Shown: positions 50,762-61,641 of the stretch, piece by piece | Layout of the letters: the number at the start of each line of letters is the position of its first letter | Position numbering within the stretch: position 1 is the stretch's first letter | Origin: Dimorphilus gyrociliatus | Taxonomy: Eukaryota > Animalia > Annelida | DNA: 64,000 nt | NCBI GenBank assembly: GCA_904063045.1 | Contig: CAJFCJ010000042.1 | Location: forward strand, 62,001-126,000 | Direction of reading: 5' to 3' | The notes under the pieces: model-generated | The model's database searches: none | The model's input: the letters and a program-made list of their open reading frames with translations, nothing else | Told to the model about the DNA's origin: nothing | Program-made: the position numbers and the translations under genes

Positions 50762-53021
50762 GGTTCAGACAGAAACGTCCACAACAGAAAATGTCCACAA
50801 TTGACAAAAAACATCCACAAATTTAAAACTTTGAAAAAATGCAGAAAAAAAAATACTAATTTTTTCAAGAATAAAAATATGGATAATTCATGTCATATTT
50901 GTCAAGACAAATTTATTGAAAAACAAATTAAAGGTAAATGTTCTCTTTGTTTTAAAGCCTGCCACATCAAATGTTTTCAAGGTATGAAATCAAACTTTGT
51001 TTTTTTCAGCTAATCACATTTGTTTTCAGATGCAACCATTCTTTCTACATTATGTTTGATGTGTTATCAAATATCAATGAGGAGCTGTGCCATCTTGCTG
51101 AAAAAAATTGATTTTGAAAAAGAAAAGAATGTTATTGAACCTACGGAAGAGCTCAGGTTGTCTTTCTCTTTCAGTAGTTCGGAAAGTCTTGCTGATTGTC
51201 CAATGGAAACAGAAAATGTCATAAATGGTAGTGAAATAACATACAACAATGAAATTGAGGTAACTACAATTGATGAAACAATCATAATGGATGTTAAAGA
51301 TTATCAAGAGGAATCATTTGAAAGCAAGGCTAGTAAAAAAGAAAGTTTAAGTGATGATTTTCATTTTAAAAAAAAACACAACTACAATTTGGACTTTTTC
51401 AGTTTGCAACAAAAATAGAAAGTGTTCTGCAAGTATCAACCAAAGAGGAACCAATTTTGTAATTGGAAAAATGAAACTGAATCATTCACCATTGAAAAAT
51501 GCAGAAGAGCAGATTATAATTAGAAAAGATATCAAGGAAAAATGTTTTGATGATATCAAATTGTCAGGAAAAAGGATTGCAGAAGATATTCTTTTGAAAT
51601 ATCCACATGGAAAATCAAGTTTGCATAATTGCAAAGAAGTGGCAAATTATAACAGGAGAAAAAATAGACCAGCTGAACCTGATGATGTCAACTTTCAACT
51701 TGACTTTACATTTGTGCCATTTGGATTTTTAAAAAAAGATATACAAAAAAACAATGTAAGAATTCTAATTTTTACAACTGCACATCAATTACAGCTTCTG
51801 GCCAATGCAAAAATTTGGTATGTTGATGGAACATTTAAAATTGCTAAGCATCCATTTTCTCAGATGTTTTCAATCCATGGATTTTTGAAAAAAAATGGAG
51901 AGCTCAAGCAAGTGCCACTACTTTTTTCATTCTTATCTTCGAAAAAGAAAAGAGCTTACAAACTACTTTTTAGGGTAAGTTATAATTTTAAATACTTGAA
52001 TTAATTGATAGATTGTGCATTTAGGCTGTAAATGAATTAGCTAGTTCCATCTCTGTTCAAAAAATTGTTTTGGACTATGAAAAAGCAATTTGGAAAAGTA
52101 TAAGAGATACATGGCCAGATGTAATGGTTGGTTGTTCTTTTCATTGGTCACAGGCTGTATTTAGGAAAATTCAAGTTGGAAAAAATATCAATTTATATAA
52201 AAATGTAATCTAAGTTTATTATTCTACTTTTAGGATCTGGGTTATAGTGCAGAATTTAAAAAGAGAGAGGGAGAATGAAAAAGAATGAATCTGATTATGG
52301 CTTTACCATACCTTCCTCATAATTTGATTGCAAATCAGTTCCACAAAATCAAAAATGAACTGGCTGAGAAATAAACTTGGAGATTTGTTAAAGTATGTGG
52401 AACATATTGGATCAAGAGTAATTTTTGGCCCCCAGAGACATGGTCTGTTTTTAATCAATTGATTAGAACAAATAATGTCTTGGAAGGATTTCATAATAGA
52501 TTAAATAAAAATATTGGAGTGAACTTATCATTTTACCTGACTATTGAGGAACTAAACAGGGAGGCTGAGTTAATTTCAGTATATGAAAAATTATTAAGTG
52601 AGAGGAAGATATTGAGAATGCAAAAAAAAGTGTATACAAAAATTCAAAGACAGCTTTTTTCCATCTGGGAAAACTTCAAAGTTGGTGACATCACAGCAAC
52701 TCAACTTATTGAGATGCGTTCTACTTTGTATTGCTAAATATGCTCATTATTAATTCAACAGTATTAAAAATGTTACAAAAATGTTGAAGACATTTGAAAA
52801 AATATGTTTTTAAATAAACTTTTTTAATTACAAATTGATGATGTTCATTTGATTAGTTTCCGCACATACATTTCTATTAGTTGCACAAAACTACTTCAAC
52901 AAATTATAAAAACTCTATTCTAAAATAATAATATTCATTTTTAATCTTCTATCTTGTTTTAAATGTCTTTTAATATCATGTGGATGTTTTCTGTGAATTG
53001 TGGACGTTTTCTGTCAGCCCC
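50762..53021 (+). mobile_element. MULE-H
   Basis: ACAGAAAACGTCCAC TIR repeats and a perfect 9-bp TSD ATTGATTAT (50753-50761, 53022-53030). PHD exon MDNSCHIC..CSLC..HIKC, WYVDGTFK, NNVLEGFH. Frameshift near 51380. Confidence 0.95.
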
Positions 53022-53959
53022 ATTGATTATTTATGGATTTTTATGGAGAAACTTTTCAACAATGCTATAGTATTCAATGAAGGCTACTCTTACTCATCAT
53101 ACTTGCCAGGAAGGAGACTGTTTAGAAGATGAATGTAAAATATATGAAAATAATGTCAAAAGTATGTTTCATTATCCAATATTCAAAACTGGAATTTCAA
53201 ATAGATACAATCATCATATAATGTATAGTTATATCCAGAAATCTGGAAATCTACCGCAATTATTATCAATATTCTCTTGAATAGAATATATTACAGAAAC
53301 CAACAAACTTTTGATAAGAATACTACAACTGTGACAATGCTGCTTAGTGTTAGTGACAATCTATCTACTCAATTTGTTTCCACCTTTATTACAATTTTTT
53401 AATATATTACCTTTAAATATACTTTTACACTATTCATATTTTATTAATCATTAAGAATACAATTTCGCCTCATAAATCCCTGCTATCGTAAATTAATAAT
53501 TTCAATTTTTCCTACCAATTGATGTTTTTCTTCAACTATGTGTATTTTGGTGTTGAACAATTCCTTTTTTCCAACATCACTAATTAATTGATTCATTTTG
53601 TGTGGGAACCACTCTAATCACCAAATTCTTAACTTTCATATAATCAATACAGATTGATACAATACCACCATCTCCATTAAAGTATAGATGGCGCTTGTAG
53701 CAAAATAAGCCTAACAGTAAAGATAAGTATGTAAGTAATTCAGTAAGGAAAGAATATTTACAAAGCACTTAATAAGTGAATAATTAAGGTACATTAAGGA
53801 ACATCAATCAATCAATAGATTTCCATTATTAGAATGATATAAAGGGATTTATAAACAATTCATTACAGTGAAAAAATCACAGATAGATACTCATCAAAAA
53901 CAATGACACAATTATCTAAAAAGTTTATAACAGCTATCTCCGGTTTAAATCAAATTATT

Positions 53960-54285
53960 GGATTCTGAAAACATGTAGATTGTATATTTGACCATTTTTT
54001 TATTCTACCTTATTAATGATATTCAATTGATTGAGTTAGTAAATTTAGCATCAGCATATAAGGAGGAAGTATATCTGATTAATGCATGTTAAGAAGAACA
54101 GTATTGTGTATACAATACTGTTGAATAGTCAATATAATCTAAACTTAGAATTGAAGCATAATTGATAATTAATTGAACTAGTTTTAGTTGAAAATCATAA
54201 ATGTATGGATTAATAAATTGTAATATTAATGCTAGGTTGCAAATAATAATATTCTTTATATAATTTAATAGGTTTTATTGCTGCA
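53960..54285 (-). repeat. R1 LTR fragment abutting element F
   Basis: Reverse complement of 60243-60500 and its continuation, cut by the F terminus. Confidence 0.8.
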
Positions 54286-54779
54286 GGGTAAAGGACAGTT
54301 GACCCCCAGACAGTTGACCCCCTCGGACAGTTGACCCCCATCAGGACAGTTGACCCCCATGATTATAATTTCCTGGAAAGTAGGTGATTAGGAAAGTTTA
54401 TTGGGTCAACTTGATAATATTGTGTTGTTCAATGAAAACCATCTTTTGATATTGTTTTACTGCCAAAGTAGATAATTATTATAATGAATAAAATATCATA
54501 TATATTTCCTTGACACAACACTCAAGTTAAAAGAATGGAAATATAAACTCCAATAATTCATTTCATACTCATCAGAACTTGTATTTTAAAAGCTATGGAT
54601 AATACACATTGCAAACTTCTGTTAAAACATCAAAAGCTGTTTTATTTCTATTTGGAAATTCTTTCCAAACTAAACAGATTTTATCTTGCAAATTCCTTAT
54701 ATTTATGTTTCTCAGTTTGGCATATCTTTCTCTCTGATAACAGCTTTTCAGAGAGACTGTTATTTAGTGGAATTAGAGT

Positions 54780-55310
54780 CTAGAACTTTAAAAAGACGTT
54801 TATTTCATAGGAAATAGATTCTTTGACCATAACAGATGGTGACAGCATGGAATTAACAAAGGAACAAACAATATAAATGCAGATGGAGAGGCAAGCTTGT
54901 TTTTGCAGTGTCACATGATATGCATAAGTGTTGCAAAAGCTTTTCATATTTTGTTATATGTGCATTGTGAGACTGTTACATTTCAACCTTGTAATCCTTT
55001 GACCAAGTGAACCCAAGCTTTGGGAAATGTACAAAAGGTAATGCATTTTTGCAGCTTGTCAGTTCAGTTCTTTGACCATTAACTGGTTATTTAAACTTAT
55101 TTGTTTAGAACTAGACACTCATTTACTCAATACATATTCTTTAAATGAAATACTGGCATTTTGTTGATTTCTATCAAAATTACATTTGTTAAGACTCCTT
55201 GTGGACAAATTTGAAAGGTTCTATTTGAACTAGTACTTTGGTAAGTTAATAAATGATTGGAAAAGATGAATACTGTTCTAAAGAAGCAGAAATTCTTACA
55301 ATTACAATAT
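54780..55310 (+). repeat. R1b LTR variant fragment inside F
   Basis: Shares the R1 3' half and matches 48795-49230. Confidence 0.7.
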
Positions 55311-55348
55311 AATGATATTTTGGGTTATGAAAGTGACAAACTAGATCG

Positions 55349-56460
55349 GGGTTGGGAAAAAACGTCCTTGGGAAAAAATGTCCCAGGGTGGGAAAAAACA
55401 TCCTATGCCTGACTAAAGATATACTTGGCATAATTATTTATACTTTTAATCAGAAATGTTTTTCTCTTTGCTGTTTACTTCATTTATAGAATAAAATATT
55501 AATATTTTTGAAGAAAGGTATATGTATTGTGATGTTTTTACCAGTTTTCTCTGAATTATGTAATGCTATTAAAAGAGAAATGAGTTATTTCCTTGTCTTG
55601 TCTGTAAGTGAAAGATAAATTTTGCATTTCTTAGCATATATTCAGGCTAATTTGTTTTTTTAAGCATTGAAACTCTGGTATTGATTTGGTTTATTGAATA
55701 TTACAAGATGATACATTTTTTAAGAACCCTTCTCTCCAGTGAGTTATTATTTATAATTTTTGTATTGGCAGCCATATTTGATATTTTAAAGTTAATTTAT
55801 TTTTGCAGAAACATTGAAAGTACTTGGATTAAGCATTCAATTTGGACACCAAATTGTTGGTCTGTATTTGGTCTTGCCATCAGGACCAACAATGATGTTG
55901 AAGGATGGCACATAAGAATAAATGAAAAGACTCCTGCAAAAGGCTCATTTTATATGCTCATAGATATTTTAAAACAGGAATCAAGTCTTATTCCAGTTGT
56001 AGAGATACTTCTATCAGAAAAAAGGCTAAAGAAGTATCAGAAGAAAAGTGTCATCCAGAAGCAGAACCAAGTATATGCTGTTTGGAATGAATACAGATTG
56101 GGAATGATTACATCTGCTGTCCTCTTGCAGAAGATTGCATTAATCTATTCAAAATAATTCTCAGTGTGTTAACATACTTTTTACTTTATTCTAGTAACTT
56201 TTAAACTTTGTATAACATTCTTAGCTTTTTTCATTTTTAATACATTTTAATAACATATATTCATTATTAATTATTATATTCTCAGTATATTGTCATTGGT
56301 TCCCAAAATAGAGCAATCTTTTTTAAAATTCAAATATCTTTTCCCACTACTTGTTTTTCCCAACCTTGGGATGTTTTTTCCCACCTTAGGACGTTTTTTC
56401 CCACCCTGGGACATTTTTTCCCAGGGACGTTTTTTCCCAAAGACGTTTTTTCTCATACTC
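55349..56460 (+). mobile_element. Internal-deletion derivative of the MULE-A family (1112 bp)
   Basis: Both ends match MULE-A. About 1.66 kb is deleted at 55812/55813. TSD ACTAGATCG / ACTAGATCA. Confidence 0.93.
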
Positions 56461-56899
56461 ACTAGATCAAAGGAAATAGATGAGTATCTCTAAAATAAAT
56501 GAATTAATGTTGAGAATTAAGGGTAGTGGAGCCAAGATTGATGATAACAGCTTTTTGAAATACCATTCACCAACTGGGGCAGCTACAATTCCTGAAGGGA
56601 TGTTGTTGAAAATGCCCACAGTTTTGTGGTTTTACTCTAACCCTGACCCAGCCCTGGACCCTTTTTTAAGCACTTCATTGTTCCTAACCCTTAGTTTGGA
56701 CCCACCTAATTTCAAATCAATTGCTGGAATATTTTTCTTTCCCTTTCCCAACCCAAAATCTCACCCCAAAATAACTGCAAAATAGGTGTTTTCAACAGCC
56801 CCCTTTCTGAAGGTGTGGTTAATACTGATTCTACTCAACCAAAATTCAGTAATTCTGGGATTCTAGAAAGTGTTTTTGAAAAGACAATTACAAGTCTTT

Positions 56900-57260
56900 T
56901 AATTGGTGCTAATGAGAAACTTATCACTACTTTGCTGAGACCCTATTCAGGTAGCAAAGATACTGGGGCCTTTAAGAAGAACTTTCAAACAGCTTGTAAA
57001 TTAAACCTTTGGGATACAGAGGAGAAAAGAATTTTAATGCTGAGAAAATACACTACCTGAAGAGTCAGATGTTGTTGAAAGCTTACCTTCCATGGCAACT
57101 GAAAATGAAATTTGGGATTCATTGGATGAAGAATTCAATCCAGATCCTATGGCTTTTAAAAAAGATATTGACAGATTGTAACAGTTTGATGCTGAAACTG
57201 TCAAGAGTTTTGTTAAAAGAAGTAAAGAACTTGTAGAAAATTCCTACCATTCAAAACTAC
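56900..57260 (+). pseudogene. Ty3/Gypsy-like gag relic
   Basis: FQTACKLNLWDTEEKRILML..IWDSLDEEF..QFDAETVKSFVKR resembles a retrotransposon capsid. Stops are present. Confidence 0.55.
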
Positions 57261-57769
57261 AGAAATGGCCTGTGTTGCTGTGAGAGTTAGAGAGCTTCAA
57301 CTTCTAATGGTTTTCAGGAATGCTATTAAGTATTACATCATTTTTGGATGTTCTTGTTTTTATATCATTGCATATATCACAACAGCCTTGTCCTTCAGTT
57401 TTTAAATTGAAATTACAAAAATTTATGATTACAATAATACTGACTTTTCAGACAGTCCTGATGAAAAACACGTTTGCATAAAGAGCATGACTCCATTGTT
57501 TGCATTAGGCAAATCATTTGATGGCAGTATAAGCAGTTGTCAGACATTTGTTAGATGTAAATGTATCTAAATTCCCTCTCTGTATCTAATTTGAAAGCTA
57601 TACACAGAATGAATACATTAAAACAAGAAATCATTTTCTAAGCTGTCAACTGTCCTGGAGGTCAACTGTCCTGATGGGGGTCAACTGTCCTGATGGGGGT
57701 CAACTGTCCAGGGGTCAACTGTCCAGAGGGGGTCAACTGTCCGGATCCCCATTCTTGTTGTTTGTTGGG

Positions 57770-59090
57770 TGGTAATCTGTAAGGTCATAGTTTAAAAGGT
57801 TTTACATCATCCAACAATTCAATTGCCATAGGTGGAACATCTGGTGAGCCAATATCAGTTTGATTTGTAGCTATGATATTTTCATAGCTCTTAATGATTT
57901 CTTGTAGTTCTTCTCTGCTCTTTTCCATGCTATCTTTGGACACACTAGAGTAATTATCAATTTCTATTGTATTTATGCAAAAACTGTCTACACTATGGTT
58001 TGACAAATGTTCACACTCAAAAGCAACATCTAACTCTAATTCTTCTATCTCAGGAATGGGAGGGAGCTCTTGTTCTTTTTCTATTCCAATAGTTTATCCA
58101 TCTTCCAACTCTATGAGTAGAGGTTCCATATCCATATTAATATCTGGCTTTTTGGTAGCCATCATGGTTATTCCATTATCCAACTTGATGTGTTGAGTTT
58201 CCATTTTCATATCTGTATCTGATTCTTCTTCAGAAGTGGTACTACTCTCTTCTTCAGACAAATTGATGATAATAGCTGTATCACCATCTAATTCTTCATT
58301 TGCATCTGATTCAAGACTTGTCAATGTATCATAATGTTCTGAGTTATTCTGACTCTGATCTATATCATAACTACTTTCTGTATCTGAGTCAACAATTTCC
58401 ATATCGAAATCTTCACTATCTGATACTTCCAGTGGATTCTCAGCTGGTTCTTGGAAATGTAATCCAATCATTCCAACAGTTACTTTGTTATGTTTTCCTT
58501 GACTTCTTTTCTGTACTTGATCATTTTGTCTTTTTTGTATAAAGGTTTTAATGGGTTCTCCTTTTCTTATGAAGAATGGAAGTGAAACTTGTTTTATTGC
58601 AAAGTTGATTATTGCACCAGACTTTCTTAAGAAGTCACATCCTAGAATTATTGCCATATCCAATTTTTCCATTATGAAAAATTCTTGTTCCATTATTCTT
58701 CTTGCGAATTGTATGTTGAGTTTTGCTTTACCTTTAGTTTTTAAATCATTTCCATCAGTAGATGTTATTATTGGTAGTGCTGTGGTTTCTCTCTTCACTA
58801 ATCTTTGGTCCAACAACTTGATTTCTTTCTCAGTGATAATGACATGAGTGCTCCTGTATCACACAATGCAATCACTTCTCTTCCATTATGATTTTTCAGA
58901 CAAAATTGGAAATCATCTCTTGCTTTTATTTGAGAAGTACACTTGAAATGTGCCACTTTTTCCTCTTTCAGATTAAATATTGCAATTGTTCCTTTTGAAG
59001 TTTCTCTTTCATTTGGTTGATCAGGTTCAGCATGAATTAATCTGTTGAATGTTCCTTTATCATTATTTCTTCCATTTCCAAATCTTTGAT
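57770..59090 (-). mobile_element. Gypsy-like gag-end/protease/pre-RT relic
   Basis: ALCDTGALMS (retropepsin active site), IILGCDFL and IELLDDVKPFKL*PY (RT entry). Frameshifted. Confidence 0.8.
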
Positions 59091-59096
59091 ATGGAT

Positions 59097-60989
59097 TGTA
59101 CACATACATTCGTCAGCTATATTCTACAATAGAGAAGTAGTATTGAACCAGTATTGTACTATGCAGATAGCACTGATAAAGATAAGCAGTAGTGACCTAG
59201 TTTCGCATAGGGCAGTGCATACACATTATGCAGTAATAAAACCTATTGAATTATATAAAGAATATTTGCTATTTGCAACCTAGCTGTACTTTGTTGTATT
59301 GTAATTGTAGGAAGTCCTAGCTCGTCACTATCAAATTCGTCCTCTCCAATCATTTACCAATGTGCCAAAGTACTGGTCCAAATAGAACCTTTCAAGTTCG
59401 TCCACAAGTAGTCTTAATAAATGTAATTCCAGTAAAAATTAACCAACAAACACCAGTATTTCATTCAAAGAATATGTATTTGAGTAAATGAGTTTCTAGT
59501 TCTAAACAAGCAAGTTTGAACAACCAGCTGATGGTTAGAAAACTAAACTGACTACTGTTAAATTTGTAGGGTTTATATACTTTTCCAATAGTTCACAGTT
59601 CACGGATAAAAATATTCACACAAACAAATGTAACAATTTGGATAAAGGGAAAGTTCAAATATACTTCCATGTTTGTTACTTTTTCTTTATCTTGGAGAAC
59701 TTTTGCTCCCTATTTTAGTAGGTCAGAAAGTTGCCTAAGATGTAACAATTATTAATAGAAGTTGGATTGATTCCAAAACACAAAAATAGGAAAAGGTCAA
59801 CTTGATGCAGTTTTAATATACAACAAATTATTAATAATAATTGTTTGTGTAAGATAATATGTTTCTGTGTAAAGGACTGGTAGGATAAAAGTATTAAACT
59901 TAATCATTCAATATAGTATTGTGCATACAATACTGTTGAAAAGTGACAATAATCTAAAAGCTCCAAATATAAATAGAATAGTGGAAGATATAATTAATAT
60001 TCATTAAATATGATGTGTATAATAATTAGGGTTAACATCTAAGTTGTAAAATACTTTTACAACTTAGTTTAAATAGTGTATGTTGTAGTTTTAGGCATGT
60101 AGAGTACTCTATAATACTCTTTCAATATTGCTTTCCATTGATGAATGAAATGTAACAATTTGGGTGTATTGTGTGAATTTGTGAGCCTGGTTACAAGCTT
60201 ATGTGTTTAGTACCTACGAACTGCCTAAATGTGTACACTAGCATTAATATTACAATTTATTAATCCATAAATTTATGATTTCGAACTAAAACTAGTTCAA
60301 TTAATTATCAATTATGCTTAAATTCTAAGTTTAGATTATATTCACTATTCAACAGTATTGTATACACAATACTGTTCTTTTTAACATGCATTAATCAGAT
60401 ATACTTCCTCCTTATATGCTGATGCTAAATTTACTAACTCAATCAATTGAATATCATTATTAAGGTAGAATATAAAAACGGTCAAATATACAATCTACAT
60501 GTTTTCTTGATTGTTGGACTTGTCCTACTAAAATTGTTACATCTTATGCAACTCTCCAACCTTTGAAATTCAACTATTATTTAGAAGAGGAAAACAATAA
60601 AAACATGACCATATTTAGAACTTTTCTTTGTCTTCAAATGTTACTTTTGTTTTTGGGAACATTGAAATTTGTGAACTATCAACCCTTAAAAGAGTATATA
60701 AACCCTACAAAATTAACAGTTGATAGTTCAGTTTTCTAACCGTCAGCTAGTTGTTTAAACTAGCTTGTTTAGAACTAGAAGCTCATTTTACTCAATACAT
60801 ATTATTTGGATGAAATACTGGTGTTTTGTTAATCAATTTCTACCGAAATTGCCTTTGTTAGACTATTTGTGGAGGAACTTTAAAGGTTCTATTTGGACCA
60901 GTACTTTGGCAAGTTGGTAAATGATTGGAAAGGACGATTACAGTTGTGACGAACCAGAAATTCCTACAATTACAATACAACAAAGTACA
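59097..60989 (+). mobile_element. R1 LTR (outer), interrupted at 59284/60243
   Basis: TGTACACATAC...CAAAGTACA. The two halves join to match the 43060-43912 copy. Confidence 0.85.
59285..60237 (-). mobile_element. R1-related solo LTR (953 bp) nested in inverted orientation
   Basis: TGTAC...GTACA termini and a perfect 5-bp TSD CTAGC (59280-59284, 60238-60242). Confidence 0.9.
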
Positions 60990-61009
60990 GTATTTATAAA
61001 GAAAACTGG

Positions 61010-61060
61010 TGTACTGCTCTTGCTGGCAAAATCTATGCATTTGCAAGTTAGAGCAGTACA
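61010..61060. repeat. 51-bp palindromic mini-element from the R2 LTR end
   Basis: TGTACTGCTC...GAGCAGTACA. The first 41 bp are the reverse complement of 29637-29677 with one mismatch. Confidence 0.7.
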
Positions 61061-61641
61061 CGGGTTATATTCAATATGTAGCCAACAAATTAAAATTTAT
61101 CAAGCATAGCCTTTATATTGACTTTACAAAGACAACAATGAACAACTAGGCCATCCATAGCCTTATCTTGTACTTGTTTATCTAGTTCTTTATGTTTATT
61201 TTTAGAGTAACATTGAGAATTTAATATTTAGACCATATACAACTGGTTTTCCATCTGGACTGGCTTCAAAACCTGTTTTTTAAGGAGAATCTTTGAATAA
61301 GGTCTATTTTATACAAATACTTAACAATAGCATGGTGCTTGAGGTAATTGCGAAACAATTTGGTATTTATACCAAAATGACTAGTTTTGAATTTTGCATC
61401 AGTTCTAAAGTACAACGTTTGAAGCTGTTACCCACTGTTCCACTCACCTAAAATCCTCACATTTCTGGGTTTTGCAATATAAAATAAAAGAGAAAAATTA
61501 TTATTTTCTGTAAATGAAGTAGCATGTATAAAAGATAGCTGGAAAATGTCACATGATCAGACACATTTTAACATGCATACTATTGAATAAATTTCTCTCA
61601 TATTGTGATTGTCAGGGAGTTGAAACAGTGACTACTGAACT

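Larger units (their letters stand above)
54286..57749. mobile_element. MULE-like element F with no transposase, carrying cargo
   Basis: GGACAGTTGACCCC arrays at 54286-54360 are inverted relative to those at 57645-57749. Termini GGGTAAA and GGGATCC. No convincing TSD. Confidence 0.7.

Noticed and set aside
56480-56785. 101-aa ORF inside F as a gene
   Set aside because: It runs through CCCTAA/CCCAA-rich low-complexity repeat and has no recognisable domain.
54277-57759. TSDs for elements F, G and the 13020 element
   Set aside because: The best flank matches are about 5 of 9 in AT-rich DNA, which is not convincing.
59097-59284. Outer R1 LTR as the 5' LTR of the adjacent Gypsy relic
   Set aside because: No TGG-type PBS is present at the junction and most of gag is absent. 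The relationship is unresolved.
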